From an uncultured Arcobacteraceae bacterium (GTDB lineage Bacteria > Campylobacterota > Campylobacteria > Campylobacterales > Arcobacteraceae), in contig CAXHZO010000003.1 in the NCBI GenBank assembly GCA_964022095.1, positions 160,001 to 224,000 on the forward strand: 64,000 bases of DNA, given 5' to 3'. The notes beneath the pieces were generated by a model, which searched no databases, had not been told where the DNA came from, and was given only the letters and a program-made list of their open reading frames with translations. This document shows positions 20,262 to 30,761 of the stretch, piece by piece. The number at the start of each line of letters is the position of its first letter. The stretch's first letter is position 1. A program made the position numbers and the translations under genes.

Positions 20262-21412
20262 AAACTAAAGTTAGCCATTTTCATAAGGGTAATACTTACA
20301 GGTTTTATTAAATTGTCATTAAAATCATAATAGACATTATGACAAGGTTTTTGATGTTTCTCAACTCCATCATCACTTCCAATTAGAGCAAAAGCTCCAG
20401 GAATTGTGTTTAAATAGTAACTAAAATCTTCACTTGCCATAATTGGAGTTGGAAGATCACTTTTCCAATCTTTTCCTAAAGTTTCTTCTAATTTTTCTCT
20501 CATCATAGAAGCTTGCAAATTATGATTTATAGTTGCACCATATCTATCTCTTAATTCGATTTCAACTTCAACTCCATAAGAATCAGCAGTATTTTTAGTA
20601 ATAGTTTTAATTTGCTCAAATACAAAAGTTTTTAACTCATCAGTTGGAACTCTAATACTTCCTTCTAACATAACACTTCCAGGAATTGATGTGACATCAC
20701 TTTTCCCATCAATTGAAGTAACTGATACAACTGCACTATCTTGAGGAGATACTTTTCTGCTTATAATTTGTTGTAGATTTAATGTAATTGCACTAGCAGC
20801 TAAAACTGGATCAATACAAAGTTCAGGTTGAGAAGAATGACCACCTTTTCCTATAACTTTAATATGAAAAGTTCCATTTCCTGCCATAACTGTACCATCT
20901 GGGCAAACTGCTTGACCAAATTTTATAGCAGGCCAATTGTGCCAACCAAATATCATATCAACACCTTCTAAACATCCTTCTTCAATCATCTTTTTAGCAC
21001 CATGACCTCCCTCTTCAGCAGGTTGAAATACTAAAGAGACTGGATTTGTAAGTTTATCTTCATTCTCTTTTAGCCAAATAGCAGCTGCTATTAAAGTAGC
21101 AGTATGTCCATCGTGCCCACAAGCATGCATACATTGAGGTTTTTGTGATTTATAAGACACATCAGTTTTTTCTTCTAATGGAAGGGCATCTATATCACCT
21201 CTTAAAGCAATATGAGGTCCAACTTTGTCTTGTGCCAAAAGACCTACTGTTCCAGTATTTGCATAGGTTTTATAAGGAATTCCATGTTGTTCTAAAACTT
21301 CTCTAATATTTTTTGCTGTATCTGTCTCTTCCCATTTTAATTCAGGGTTTTTATGTAGGTTATGCCTAAAGTTTATAGCATACTCTACTACTTCATCAAA
21401 ATTTTTATACAT
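20258..21412 (-). CDS. M20D amidohydrolase, probably N-acetyl-diaminobutyrate deacetylase (DoeB2-like) given its position after doeA
   Basis: LRGDIDALP, MHACGHDGH, QPAEEGG, GGHSS and SEDFS motifs; directly downstream of the ectoine hydrolase remnant. Confidence 0.75.
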   Translation of the reverse strand: MYKNFDEVVEYAINFRHNLHKNPELKWEETDTAKNIREVLEQHGIPYKTYANTGTVGLLAQDKVGPHIALRGDIDALPLEEKTDVSYKSQKPQCMHACGHDGHTATLIAAAIWLKENEDKLTNPVSLVFQPAEEGGHGAKKMIEEGCLEGVDMIFGWHNWPAIKFGQAVCPDGTVMAGNGTFHIKVIGKGGHSSQPELCIDPVLAASAITLNLQQIISRKVSPQDSAVVSVTSIDGKSDVTSIPGSVMLEGSIRVPTDELKTFVFEQIKTITKNTADSYGVEVEIELRDRYGATINHNLQASMMREKLEETLGKDWKSDLPTPIMASEDFSYYLNTIPGAFALIGSDDGVEKHQKPCHNVYYDFNDNLIKPVSITLMKMANFSF

Positions 21413-21434
21413 ATGATTCCTTTTTTAATTTGAA

Positions 21435-21908
21435 CTATTTTATAAAAAGTTGTCTTGGAAAGTTACTTAAAGTTTCAACTCCATCTTTAGTAATTAAAAT
21501 ACTCTCTGTAATTTCAACTCCCCAATCTTCTTGCCAAATACCAGGCATAAAGTGAAATGTCATTCCAGGCTCTAATACTGTTAAGTCAGTACTTCTTAAA
21601 CTACAAGTTCTCTCACCCCAATCAGGTGGATAACTAACTCCTATTGGATATCCATATCTTGCATCATTTCTATCAATTCCATATTTATCCATAACACTTT
21701 GCGCCGCATTTGCAATATCAGCTGTTGTATTTCCCGGTCTTGCCATTTCAAGTCCTGCTTCAATAGTCTCTTGTAAAGCTTTTTGGGCATCTAGAAATTT
21801 TTGACTTGGTTTCCCCATGTAAATAGTTCTAGACATTGGGGCATGATATCTTTTATAACATCCAGATATTTCAAAAAAAGTAGCTTCATTTTTTTTAAAT
21901 GGGCTACC
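21435..21908 (-). pseudogene. doeA: 3' fragment of ectoine hydrolase (DoeA/EutD, M24 family); N-terminal part missing
   Basis: Frame continues upstream of the called Met (SPFKKNEATFFEISGCYKRYHAPMSRT) and then breaks. GYPIGVSYPPDWGERT..FHFMPG.W..DWG.EITESILIT is the DoeA C-terminus. Confidence 0.85.
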
Positions 21909-21933
21909 CTTTAAAACTTATACATGTATTACC

Positions 21934-21993
21934 TTATCTGAAAAACCAGTAGAAACTTCAAGTGATGAAGAAGATGATTGGAATACTTTTTAA
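21934..21993 (+). pseudogene. Remnant 3' end of a probable methyl-accepting chemotaxis protein
   Basis: Reads LSEKPVETSSDEEDDWNTF*: an acidic linker plus a DWNTF pentapeptide resembling the NWETF-type CheR-binding tail. No recognisable body or start. Confidence 0.55.
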
Positions 21994-22073
21994 AATACTT
22001 ACCTAAAATTTAAGAGATATGAAATCAAAGCCTTTATATACTTAAGCCATATAAAAATTATGGAGAGATAATT

Positions 22074-22781
22074 ATGAGTAAAAAAAGAGCTTTAATCACA
22101 GGTGGAAATAAAGGTATTGGTTTAGCAGTATCAGCAGCACTACTTGAACTTGACTATGAGATTGTAGTGGTTGCAAGAAATTTTGATAACTTCCAATTAG
22201 GTGGCTTACCAAATGTAACGGAAATTCAGTATGATTTATCAGATATTGAAAACTTACCAGTTTTAGCTAAAGAAGTTGGCGAAATAGATGTACTTATAAA
22301 CAACGCAGGTTATATGCAGCCAAAATACACTTATGACAACTATCCAAAAGAAGCAAAAGAACACTTAATGAATGTAGACTTACATGCACCAGTTGAGCTT
22401 ATGAATCTTTTTAGTGTTGGCATGAAAAAAAGAAAATATGGAAGAATAGTAAATACAGCTTCAATCGCAGGTCAAATAGGTCACCCAGATGTATGGTATG
22501 GTATTGCAAAAGCAGGACTTATAAATGCTACTAAAATCTATGGAAAACTTCTTGGAAGTGATGGAATTACAGTAAATTGTGTAGCTCCAAGTGCTGCTGA
22601 AACTGATATGCAAAATGACAATGATGAAAAAAGAAAAGCAGCCTTTAAAGCAGCAGTTGTTACAAATAGATTTGCAGAACCTGAAGAAGTTGCAAAAGCT
22701 ATTGTTTGGTTAGCTACTGATTGTCCTGAGTATATAAATGGTATTACTATAGATATAAACAACACTTTCTACGCAAGATAA
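22074..22781 (+). CDS. Short-chain dehydrogenase/reductase (SDR)
   Basis: TGGNKGIG, LINNAG, S..YGIAK and NCVAP motifs. Confidence 0.92.
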   Translation: MSKKRALITGGNKGIGLAVSAALLELDYEIVVVARNFDNFQLGGLPNVTEIQYDLSDIENLPVLAKEVGEIDVLINNAGYMQPKYTYDNYPKEAKEHLMNVDLHAPVELMNLFSVGMKKRKYGRIVNTASIAGQIGHPDVWYGIAKAGLINATKIYGKLLGSDGITVNCVAPSAAETDMQNDNDEKRKAAFKAAVVTNRFAEPEEVAKAIVWLATDCPEYINGITIDINNTFYAR

Positions 22782-22858
22782 AACTTTTTATTTAAACATC
22801 AAAATAATAAAACATACATAAAACATAGATATAATAATATATTTTTTAATTACTCTTT

Positions 22859-22894
22859 TAGAACACTTGTTCTATAATTAGAACAAATGTTCTA
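22859..22894 (+). promoter_or_regulatory. Tandem palindromic operators TAGAACA-N2-TGTTCTA flanking a TATAAT -10
   Basis: TAGAACACTTGTTCTA (22859-22874) and TAGAACAAATGTTCTA (22879-22894); TATAAT at 22873-22878; directly before tetR. Confidence 0.8.
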
Positions 22895-22905
22895 AAAGGT
22901 ATTTT

Positions 22906-23544
22906 ATGACAAGTAGAAAAAATCTAATAATTCAAGAATCAATAAATCTTTTTAATGAAAAGGGTTGTATAAATACAAGCACTAGACACATAGCTTCAAA
23001 GCTTGGTATTAGTGTAGGAAATTTGTACTATTATTTTAAAAATAAAGAAGAGATTATCATAGCTATTTATGAAGAGTTTATGTCTTTGATATCAAAACAG
23101 CTTACAAGTGTAAAAGATGGACAAGATTTAGCCTTTGATTATTATGATTTTTTACAACAACAAATGACTTATGAGTTAAAGTATCGTTTTTTCAGACTTG
23201 AACTTAACAATATCTATCAAAACTACCCCAAAGTAAAAGAGGCTTTTGAACAAAGTCATATTCAAAAAAAACAGCAAATAAAATATGTTTACACCCATCA
23301 AATAAAATATGGATATATGAAAAGTCTAGATGAAGATGAACTTGATTTTTTAGTATCAAATACTTGGATTATTGTAACTCAATGGGAAATTTATTGGCTC
23401 ATAGATAAGTTGGATGATGAAAAGCAAAGAAGAAGAAATGGTATTTTAAATATTCTATATTTTATAAAACCTTATATGACAATAAAAGGTTTAGAAGATA
23501 CAAATCTATTAACTTCAATTAATTATTTAAACAAAAAGGCATAA
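22906..23544 (+). CDS. TetR/AcrR family transcriptional regulator
   Basis: LFNEKG...TRHIASKLGISVGNLYYYFKNKEEI helix-turn-helix. Confidence 0.93.
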   Translation: MTSRKNLIIQESINLFNEKGCINTSTRHIASKLGISVGNLYYYFKNKEEIIIAIYEEFMSLISKQLTSVKDGQDLAFDYYDFLQQQMTYELKYRFFRLELNNIYQNYPKVKEAFEQSHIQKKQQIKYVYTHQIKYGYMKSLDEDELDFLVSNTWIIVTQWEIYWLIDKLDDEKQRRRNGILNILYFIKPYMTIKGLEDTNLLTSINYLNKKA

Positions 23545-23545
23545 G

Positions 23546-25300
23546 ATGAGAAGAGTTTTTATTTTGATATTTATAGTTTTTACAAGCCTTGCTTTTAGTG
23601 AAAATTATAGTCTAAAGTTAGTTGTGGATAAAACATCACAAACTTATATACAAGCCATAAAAAAAGAGAGTGAAAAACTTTTTTCAAGTAGTGATAAAAT
23701 AAACTATAAGATAGAAGTGTGTTCTAAATATTGTCAAAATTTATTAAAAAGTAAAAATGCAGTCTTTTTATTAAATAGTATAGGCTCAAAGCCTAAAAAA
23801 GTAGACTCATATATAGTTACATATAATCTAATATCATCTATTTATGATGAAAATAGAGTCATACGAACTACTGCTTTAGGTATTTTTGAGTATCTAAAAG
23901 AGAAAAAAAGAAAAACTATACATATAAAAAACAAAGCTTTAGTTTTCAAAGAAGAAAACAAAAATCTAAAAACTTTAAATCTAAAAGAGGTTTTAAATCT
24001 GGCTGTAAAAAACAATCTTAAAATAAAAAGAAACCAAAACAGCATAAAACTTCAAGAAATAGGTGTTCATGAAACAAAAAGTTTATATAAACCAAAAATA
24101 GATATTTTTTCAAACTATATAGAAATTGATGAAGATAGAGCACTTGCTAGTAGAGGTCTAAATCCTCAAAGAACAATGGAAGCTGGTGTGAAAGTGTCTC
24201 AACTAATATATTCAAATAAGGTTTTGAAAAATATAGAGATAAATAAACTTTTATATAAATCTACAAAACAAGAAGCCAAGGCTCTAGATGATGAGATTTT
24301 ATATAAAGCAACGTTGATATATCTAAACATAATAAAAGCAAAAGAGTATAAGCAAATAATTAAAATAAAACATGATTTTATACAAAGAAATCTTTTATTT
24401 GCAAAACAAAGAGTTCAAATAGGAGTTCAAGATAGAAGTGATGTATATAGATGGCAAAGTGAATTAGCAAATGCAAATATTCAATTGGCAACTTCTAAAA
24501 AAGAGTTAAAAAAGCTAAAAGTGGAATTATCAAACTTACTTAGAATAAAAAATGAGTATGATTTTTTAGAGTATGGACTAAACTCAAAACTTTTTAAACT
24601 TTTAAATAAAGATGCAATTGCATATCTTAAAGATGTGAAAGTTCAAGAAGCTTTTACAAAAAATATAGTTCATACACATCCAAGATTAAAACAAATAAAA
24701 GAGCTAATAAAAGCAAAAAATGAACACTTACAAATGAATAAAGACTCTTATTATTTACCAAGTATTGCCTTTGAGGGAAGTGCTAAAAAAGTTCTAAAAA
24801 GAGGTGGTGAAGCATCTGATTTACCAAGAACTTGGGACGATAAAGAGTATCAAGCTGTTATTAATCTAAATCTTCCTTTATATGAAGGTGGAGTTAAAAA
24901 ATCAAAGATTCAAAAAAATGAAGTAGAACTAATCGATTTAAAACTTCAATACAATGATGTAAAAAATCTAATAATAGAAAATGTAAGAAAAAACTATGAG
25001 TCACTATCTCACTCTTACTCAAAAATATCATATTCAAAGGACTCATTGAGCTCTTCAAAAAAGAATTATGAGTTAATTGAAGATAAATATAAAAAAGGAA
25101 AAGAGAATATTATCTCACTTTTAGATGCTCAAAACTCATATATAGTTTCAAAGTTAAATCTAAGTATTTCAAATATTGAATATCTAGTGGATTTAAGTTC
25201 TATTTATTTTTTTAGTGGACGAATAGATATTTTACTTGATGAGATAAAAAAAGAAGAAGTTGAAAGAAAAATACAAGAGATTATAAAGGATAAAAATTGA
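23546..25300 (+). CDS. TolC-family outer-membrane efflux protein with an N-terminal extension
   Basis: Two OEP repeats (LNLKEVLNLAVKNN..., LNLPLYEGG, ISLLDAQ); upstream of MFP and RND genes. Confidence 0.85.
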   Translation: MRRVFILIFIVFTSLAFSENYSLKLVVDKTSQTYIQAIKKESEKLFSSSDKINYKIEVCSKYCQNLLKSKNAVFLLNSIGSKPKKVDSYIVTYNLISSIYDENRVIRTTALGIFEYLKEKKRKTIHIKNKALVFKEENKNLKTLNLKEVLNLAVKNNLKIKRNQNSIKLQEIGVHETKSLYKPKIDIFSNYIEIDEDRALASRGLNPQRTMEAGVKVSQLIYSNKVLKNIEINKLLYKSTKQEAKALDDEILYKATLIYLNIIKAKEYKQIIKIKHDFIQRNLLFAKQRVQIGVQDRSDVYRWQSELANANIQLATSKKELKKLKVELSNLLRIKNEYDFLEYGLNSKLFKLLNKDAIAYLKDVKVQEAFTKNIVHTHPRLKQIKELIKAKNEHLQMNKDSYYLPSIAFEGSAKKVLKRGGEASDLPRTWDDKEYQAVINLNLPLYEGGVKKSKIQKNEVELIDLKLQYNDVKNLIIENVRKNYESLSHSYSKISYSKDSLSSSKKNYELIEDKYKKGKENIISLLDAQNSYIVSKLNLSISNIEYLVDLSSIYFFSGRIDILLDEIKKEEVERKIQEIIKDKN

Positions 25301-26397
25301 AAAATTTAGTTTTAGCCATATTTATTTTAGTAGCTTTTACTGCTTGCCAAGAAAAAGAAGAAAAAGTGGAAAAACAAGATATTAAAACAGTATTTGCTAC
25401 TTTACCAATAGCTAAAGATTCAAATGAAAATAGAGTTTTTAACGCAACTGCTATTTCAAATAATGAAACAAAATTAAGCTTCAAAGTTGAAGGAAACATC
25501 ACATATCTAAAAGCAAAAATAGGTGATGAAGTAAAAAAAGATGAGTTAATAGCAAAGTTGGATTCAAAACCTTATGAGCTAAGAGTTTCTCAAATAAGAT
25601 ATGCCCTAAGTGAAGCAAAGGCAAGTTTGCAAAATGCCAAAAGCAGTTATGAAAGAGTAAAAAAACTATACATAAATCAAAATGCAAGTGTAAGTGATAT
25701 AGATAAAGCAAAAGCAGCTTATGAAGCTACAAATGCAAAGGTTAAAAATATCACAAAAGAGTTAGAGTATGCAAAACTAAAACTTTCATACACAAAACTT
25801 TATTCACCAATGAATGGGTATATTTCACTAAAGTATGTACATGAAAATGAAAATGTAGCAGTAGGAACACCTATTGTTTTAATAGGAGATAAACTAATTG
25901 ATGAAGTATCAGTACAAGTTCCTGAATCAATCATAAATAGAATAGAGCAAAATGATTTAGTAAAAGTAGTATTTCCTTCACTTGATAAAAACAGAGTATT
26001 TACAGCAAAAGTAAAAGAAGTATCAAAGTATGCTTCATCTAAAAGTAAAACCTATAAAGTAGTGGTAAAACTAAAAAATAGTTCAAAACTAATCAAGTCA
26101 GGTATGTCAGCAGATGTTTATTTTAATCTTTTAGATTCTTCAAAAAATAGTATTTATTGTGTTCCTTCAAATAGTGTTTTAAATGATAAAGAGGGATATT
26201 TTGTATATACCCTTAAAAAAGATGAAAAAGATTATGTGATTAAAAAAACTATTGTAAAAGTAGGGGAGTTAACTACTGATGGCTTTGAAATACTTGAGGG
26301 ATTAAAAAGTGATGATTTAGTTTTAAAAGCGGGAATGAGTGAAGTTTACGAGCAAATGAAAGTAAAAGTATCAAATATCAAAGATTTAGGAAAATAA
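25297..26397 (+). CDS. RND efflux periplasmic adaptor (MFP), lipoprotein
   Basis: TTG start; FTAC lipobox; LSFKVEG..GDEVKK, LYSPMNG and KSGMSA motifs. Confidence 0.9.
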   Translation: MKNLVLAIFILVAFTACQEKEEKVEKQDIKTVFATLPIAKDSNENRVFNATAISNNETKLSFKVEGNITYLKAKIGDEVKKDELIAKLDSKPYELRVSQIRYALSEAKASLQNAKSSYERVKKLYINQNASVSDIDKAKAAYEATNAKVKNITKELEYAKLKLSYTKLYSPMNGYISLKYVHENENVAVGTPIVLIGDKLIDEVSVQVPESIINRIEQNDLVKVVFPSLDKNRVFTAKVKEVSKYASSKSKTYKVVVKLKNSSKLIKSGMSADVYFNLLDSSKNSIYCVPSNSVLNDKEGYFVYTLKKDEKDYVIKKTIVKVGELTTDGFEILEGLKSDDLVLKAGMSEVYEQMKVKVSNIKDLGK

Positions 26398-26398
26398 G

Positions 26399-29300
26399 AT
26401 GTCTATTACAAAATTTGCTTTAGAAAAAAGCACTGTTACTATAGTCTTCTCACTTATGCTTTTAATCTATGGAGTAATATCTTTTTTTGATTTACCAAGG
26501 GCAAAAGATCCAGGTTTTATAATAAGAACTGCAACAGTTGTAACATACTTTCCAGGAGCTAGTGCAAAAAGAGTTGAGCAACTTGTAACTGATAAGCTAG
26601 AAAAAACTATACAAGAAATGCCTGAACTTGATAATATAAAATCAACTTCAAAAAATGGTGTATCAATAATCTTTGTAAATATTTTAGAAAAGCACAAAAA
26701 TATGCGTGAGATTTGGGATAGTCTTAGAAGAAAAGTTGAAAAAGGAAGTAGGGCATTACCAGATGGAACAAGCCAACCTATAGTAAATGATGAGTTTGGA
26801 GATGTTTATGGAAATTTAATCTCAATTACAAGTGATGGATTAGAGTATAAAGAGCTTGAAGATATTGCAAATGATGCTAAGGATATTATACTAAGAATTG
26901 ATGAGGTTGCTAAGGTTGAGTTACTAGGGCTTCAACCTCAAAGGGTTTATGTAGAGTTTGATAATACAAAACTAGCAAAATTAAATCTTAGTGCATCATA
27001 TCTAAAGAATATTTTAGCGCAAAAAAATATAGTTTTATCAGGTGGAAGTATAAAGGTTGATACTTCAAGATTATCAGTTGAACCAACTGGAAATTATGAA
27101 AATATAAAACAAATAGAAAATACTATTGTTCCTTTAGCAACGGGTGAGTATATATACTTAAAAGACATTGCAAACATAAAGTATGAATATAAAGACCCAA
27201 GTAGTTTCATAGTAAGAAAAAATGGCCAAAATGCTATAGTTTTAGCTGTTTCTATGAAAAAAGATGGGGATATTATAAAGCTTGGAGAGAAACTTGATAA
27301 CTTGATGCTAGATATTCAAAATAAACTTCCTTTAGGCGTGAAATTAGAAAAGCTTTTTGATGAACCAAAAATTGTAGAGCAAATCGTTGGAAACTTTGTA
27401 GATAACTTACTTCAAGCTATGGCTTTAGTTGTTTTAGTGATGTTGTTTTCATTAGGATTTAGAACAGGTCTTATAGTTGCTGTTTTAATTCCTATGTCGG
27501 TTTTAACTTCTTTTATCATCATGAGTATTTTTGATATTTGGTTAGATCAGGTATCCCTTGCTGCACTTATTATCTCTTTAGGTCTTTTAGTTGATAGTGC
27601 AATTGTTATGAGTGAATCTATAATGGTTTTAATGCAAAGGGGAAAGAGTGTATTTGAAGCTTCACTCCAAAGTGCAAATGAACTAAAAGTACCACTTTTA
27701 ACATCAGCACTTACAACATCAGCAGCCTTTTTACCTATATTTTTAGCAAAATCAAGCACAGGAGAGTATACAAACTCTATATTTAAAGTAGTTACTATAA
27801 CTTTACTTTCTTCTTGGGTTTTAGCACTTACTTTAACACCTGTTTTAAGCAAATATTTTATGAAAAAGAAAAAGCTTGAAACTAAAGAGAGTAAGTTTTA
27901 TTTTTATTATAGAGGGTTTTTAAAAACTGTTTTAAAATTTAGATATTTAACGGTTTTAGTTGTAATTTTAATTTTTGTGGGCTCACTAAAAGTTTTAGAT
28001 ATTGTTCCAAAGAAGTTTTTTCCACCTTCAAGTGAACCTAGTTTTACTTTAGAGCTTAGGCTTCCAGTAGGAACAAATATAGATACTACAAAACAAGCAG
28101 TAGGAAAAATAGAAGAGTATATAAATCAAAAATATATTGTAAAAAAACAAAGTGTTAAAAACTTTGTCTCTTTTATAGGACAAAGTGCTCCAAGGTTTTG
28201 GTTAGCTTATGACCAAGAGTTAGCTAGTGTAGAGTACAGTACTATCTTAGTTAATGTAAAAGAGTATAAAAATCTATATAGTGTAAAAAAAGATGTAGAA
28301 GATTTCACAAAAAATAGTTTCCCAGATATGCAAGTATCAGCAAAAGTTTTAGCAAACGGACCTCCTGTTAAACAGCCAATTGAGATAAGAATAAGTGGAA
28401 AAGATGTTGATAAACTTTTTGAGTTAAGTTCAAAAATAAAACAAGAGTTGTCAAGTTATGATGAAGTTAAAACTATAGTTGATGATTGGGGTATTAGAAA
28501 TAAAAAGTTTGTTGTGGATATTGATGAAGCAAAGGCTTTAAAAGAGGGTATTTCAAATCTTGATATTGCAATATCTTTACAAAGTGCTTTAAGTGGTTTT
28601 GAGGTTACGACTTTTAGAAAAGGTGATAAGCTTATACCTATAGTTTTAAGATCAAATGAGAATACAAAAGATGATTTAGATAGATTTAAATCTATTAGTG
28701 TTTATTCTCAAAGTAGTGGAAAAAATATACCTTTATCTCAAGTTGCTTCTGTGAAAGTAGTTTTTGAAGAGTCAAAAATCATAAGAAGAGATAGACTAAA
28801 AACAGTAACTATTGGAGCAAATATAAATCAAGAAGCAAATGCAATAGCAGTATTTGAAAAAATACAGCCTTTTATGACCGAGCTAGAAGAAAAGTTTCCT
28901 TTGGGTTATTATTATGAGTTTGGTGGAGAGTATGAAGCCTCAGGAAAAGCAAATAAGTCAATAGTTGAGAATTTACCTCTTGCTTTTATGATAATAGTTT
29001 TACTTATGGTTGCACAGTTTAACTCTATTAGAAAGCCAATTATTATTCTTGTTTCTATTCCTTTAGGAATAATTGGAGTATCAATTGGGCTTTACATAAT
29101 GAACTCATATTTTGGCTTTATGACTCTTTTAGGAATTATTTCTTTAAGTGGTATTGTAATCAATAACGCAATTGTTTTATTAGAGAGAATAAAACTTGAA
29201 AATGAAAATGGTTTAAATCTTTATGACTCTATTATTGAAGCTTGTGTAAGTAGGTTTAGACCTATCATTCTTACAACAATCACCACTATTTTCGGACTTA

Positions 29301-29440
29301 TTCCTTTATGGTATAGTGGAGGTGAGATGTGGGAGCCTATGGCTATTTCAATTATATTTGGTTTGATGTTCTCTACGATATTAACATTAGGTTTCATACC
29401 TGTTTTATATGCTATCTTTTATAAAGTAAAGAGGTCTTAA
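26399..29440 (+). CDS. RND efflux permease (AcrB/AcrD/AcrF family)
   Basis: 1013 aa; FPGASAKRVEQLVT, LGLLVDSAIV, GIVINNAIVL and RFRPIILTT motifs. Confidence 0.93.
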   Translation: MSITKFALEKSTVTIVFSLMLLIYGVISFFDLPRAKDPGFIIRTATVVTYFPGASAKRVEQLVTDKLEKTIQEMPELDNIKSTSKNGVSIIFVNILEKHKNMREIWDSLRRKVEKGSRALPDGTSQPIVNDEFGDVYGNLISITSDGLEYKELEDIANDAKDIILRIDEVAKVELLGLQPQRVYVEFDNTKLAKLNLSASYLKNILAQKNIVLSGGSIKVDTSRLSVEPTGNYENIKQIENTIVPLATGEYIYLKDIANIKYEYKDPSSFIVRKNGQNAIVLAVSMKKDGDIIKLGEKLDNLMLDIQNKLPLGVKLEKLFDEPKIVEQIVGNFVDNLLQAMALVVLVMLFSLGFRTGLIVAVLIPMSVLTSFIIMSIFDIWLDQVSLAALIISLGLLVDSAIVMSESIMVLMQRGKSVFEASLQSANELKVPLLTSALTTSAAFLPIFLAKSSTGEYTNSIFKVVTITLLSSWVLALTLTPVLSKYFMKKKKLETKESKFYFYYRGFLKTVLKFRYLTVLVVILIFVGSLKVLDIVPKKFFPPSSEPSFTLELRLPVGTNIDTTKQAVGKIEEYINQKYIVKKQSVKNFVSFIGQSAPRFWLAYDQELASVEYSTILVNVKEYKNLYSVKKDVEDFTKNSFPDMQVSAKVLANGPPVKQPIEIRISGKDVDKLFELSSKIKQELSSYDEVKTIVDDWGIRNKKFVVDIDEAKALKEGISNLDIAISLQSALSGFEVTTFRKGDKLIPIVLRSNENTKDDLDRFKSISVYSQSSGKNIPLSQVASVKVVFEESKIIRRDRLKTVTIGANINQEANAIAVFEKIQPFMTELEEKFPLGYYYEFGGEYEASGKANKSIVENLPLAFMIIVLLMVAQFNSIRKPIIILVSIPLGIIGVSIGLYIMNSYFGFMTLLGIISLSGIVINNAIVLLERIKLENENGLNLYDSIIEACVSRFRPIILTTITTIFGLIPLWYSGGEMWEPMAISIIFGLMFSTILTLGFIPVLYAIFYKVKRS

Positions 29441-29441
29441 A

Positions 29442-30758
29442 ATGTTTAAAACACTTTGGTTTAAAGTTTTAGTAGGAATGGTTTTAGGGGTTGTAGTTGG
29501 ACTTATGTTATCTCCAAATGCTTTTGCTTTAGTCTCAAAAGAAGTTGCTTTTACTATTGCTCCTTGGGTTGCTTTAGCTGGAAATATTTTTTTAGCACTT
29601 ATTAAAATGGTGGTAATACCTCTTGTAATGAGCTCAATTATTTTAGGAATTACAAGTGCAAATAATACAGAAACTTTAAAAAGTTTAGGTTTGAAAATAG
29701 CTCCTTATTTTGTATTTACAACTATAGTTTCTGTAATTTTTGGTTTAATTGTCGCCTTGTATGTAAACCCAGGACAATATGTATCAAAAGATATTTTAAA
29801 TACAATAAGTACAAGTAGTGTAGTAATCAAAGAGGTAAATCCTATTTCAAATACTTCAATTCCTGATATGATAGTAGATTTAATTCCTGTAAATGTAAGT
29901 CAAGCTGAACTTGATGGAAATATTCTATTTTTCGTAATACTTGCTATTTTTGTTGGTGTTGCTTTGATGAATATGGAAGATGATGACTCAAAACCTATGA
30001 AAGATTTAGCTAAGTCCTTTCAGGCTTTTTCTATGACAGTAGTTAGTTGGGCTATGAAGCTTGCTCCTTATGCTGTATTTGGTTTACTTTGTAGTATCAC
30101 TATTAAAATAGGTTTTGATGCAATATCATCTATGTCCATGTATGTGTTTACCGTTTTACTGGGATTATTTTCTCTTTTATGTTTTTATTTAACAGTTGTT
30201 TATTTAAGCTCAAAAATAAAGCCTCTTGATTTTTTAAGAAAAGTAAGAGAAGTACAACTCATGGCTTTTTCTACTTCATCATCAGCTGCTGTTATGCCTT
30301 TATCTATGAAAACAGCAGAAGATAAGCTAAATGTCCCAACACCAATTTCGAAGTTTGTAATACCTTTGGGTGCAACTATAAATATGGATGGAACAGCAAT
30401 TTATCAAGTAATAGCAGCTATATTTTTAACACAATTATTCGGAATAGATTTAAGTCTAACGCAGATGATTATTTTAGCTTTAACAACAGTTGCTGCATCT
30501 ATTGGAGCTCCTAGTACACCTGGAGTTGGTATTGTAATACTTGCAACAATACTTCAGAGTTTAGGAGTTCCAGTTGAGGGAATAGCACTTATTTTAGGAG
30601 TTGATAGAATACTTGATATGTGTAGAACTACTATAAATGTTACAGGGGACTTAACAGCCTCTTTAGTTATGAAAAAACTAGTAAATATTTCAAGCGATGA
30701 AGTAGATGTGGCAAAAGAGATAAATGCTTTAAAACAAAAGTTGAGTAAGGAAAACTAA
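29442..30758 (+). CDS. Dicarboxylate/amino acid:cation symporter (DAACS)
   Basis: AFSTSSSAA, PLGATINMDGTA and GVDRILDMCRTTINVTGD motifs. Confidence 0.93.
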   Translation: MFKTLWFKVLVGMVLGVVVGLMLSPNAFALVSKEVAFTIAPWVALAGNIFLALIKMVVIPLVMSSIILGITSANNTETLKSLGLKIAPYFVFTTIVSVIFGLIVALYVNPGQYVSKDILNTISTSSVVIKEVNPISNTSIPDMIVDLIPVNVSQAELDGNILFFVILAIFVGVALMNMEDDDSKPMKDLAKSFQAFSMTVVSWAMKLAPYAVFGLLCSITIKIGFDAISSMSMYVFTVLLGLFSLLCFYLTVVYLSSKIKPLDFLRKVREVQLMAFSTSSSAAVMPLSMKTAEDKLNVPTPISKFVIPLGATINMDGTAIYQVIAAIFLTQLFGIDLSLTQMIILALTTVAASIGAPSTPGVGIVILATILQSLGVPVEGIALILGVDRILDMCRTTINVTGDLTASLVMKKLVNISSDEVDVAKEINALKQKLSKEN

Positions 30759-30761
30759 AAT

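Noticed and set aside
21435-21836. 133-aa ORF as a complete small peptidase
   Set aside because: The Met is internal; DoeA-like sequence continues upstream to the breakpoint.
23546-29440. TolC/MFP genes as the adhesin's type I secretion system
   Set aside because: The partner is an RND permease, not an ABC exporter, and the genes lie in the inserted block.
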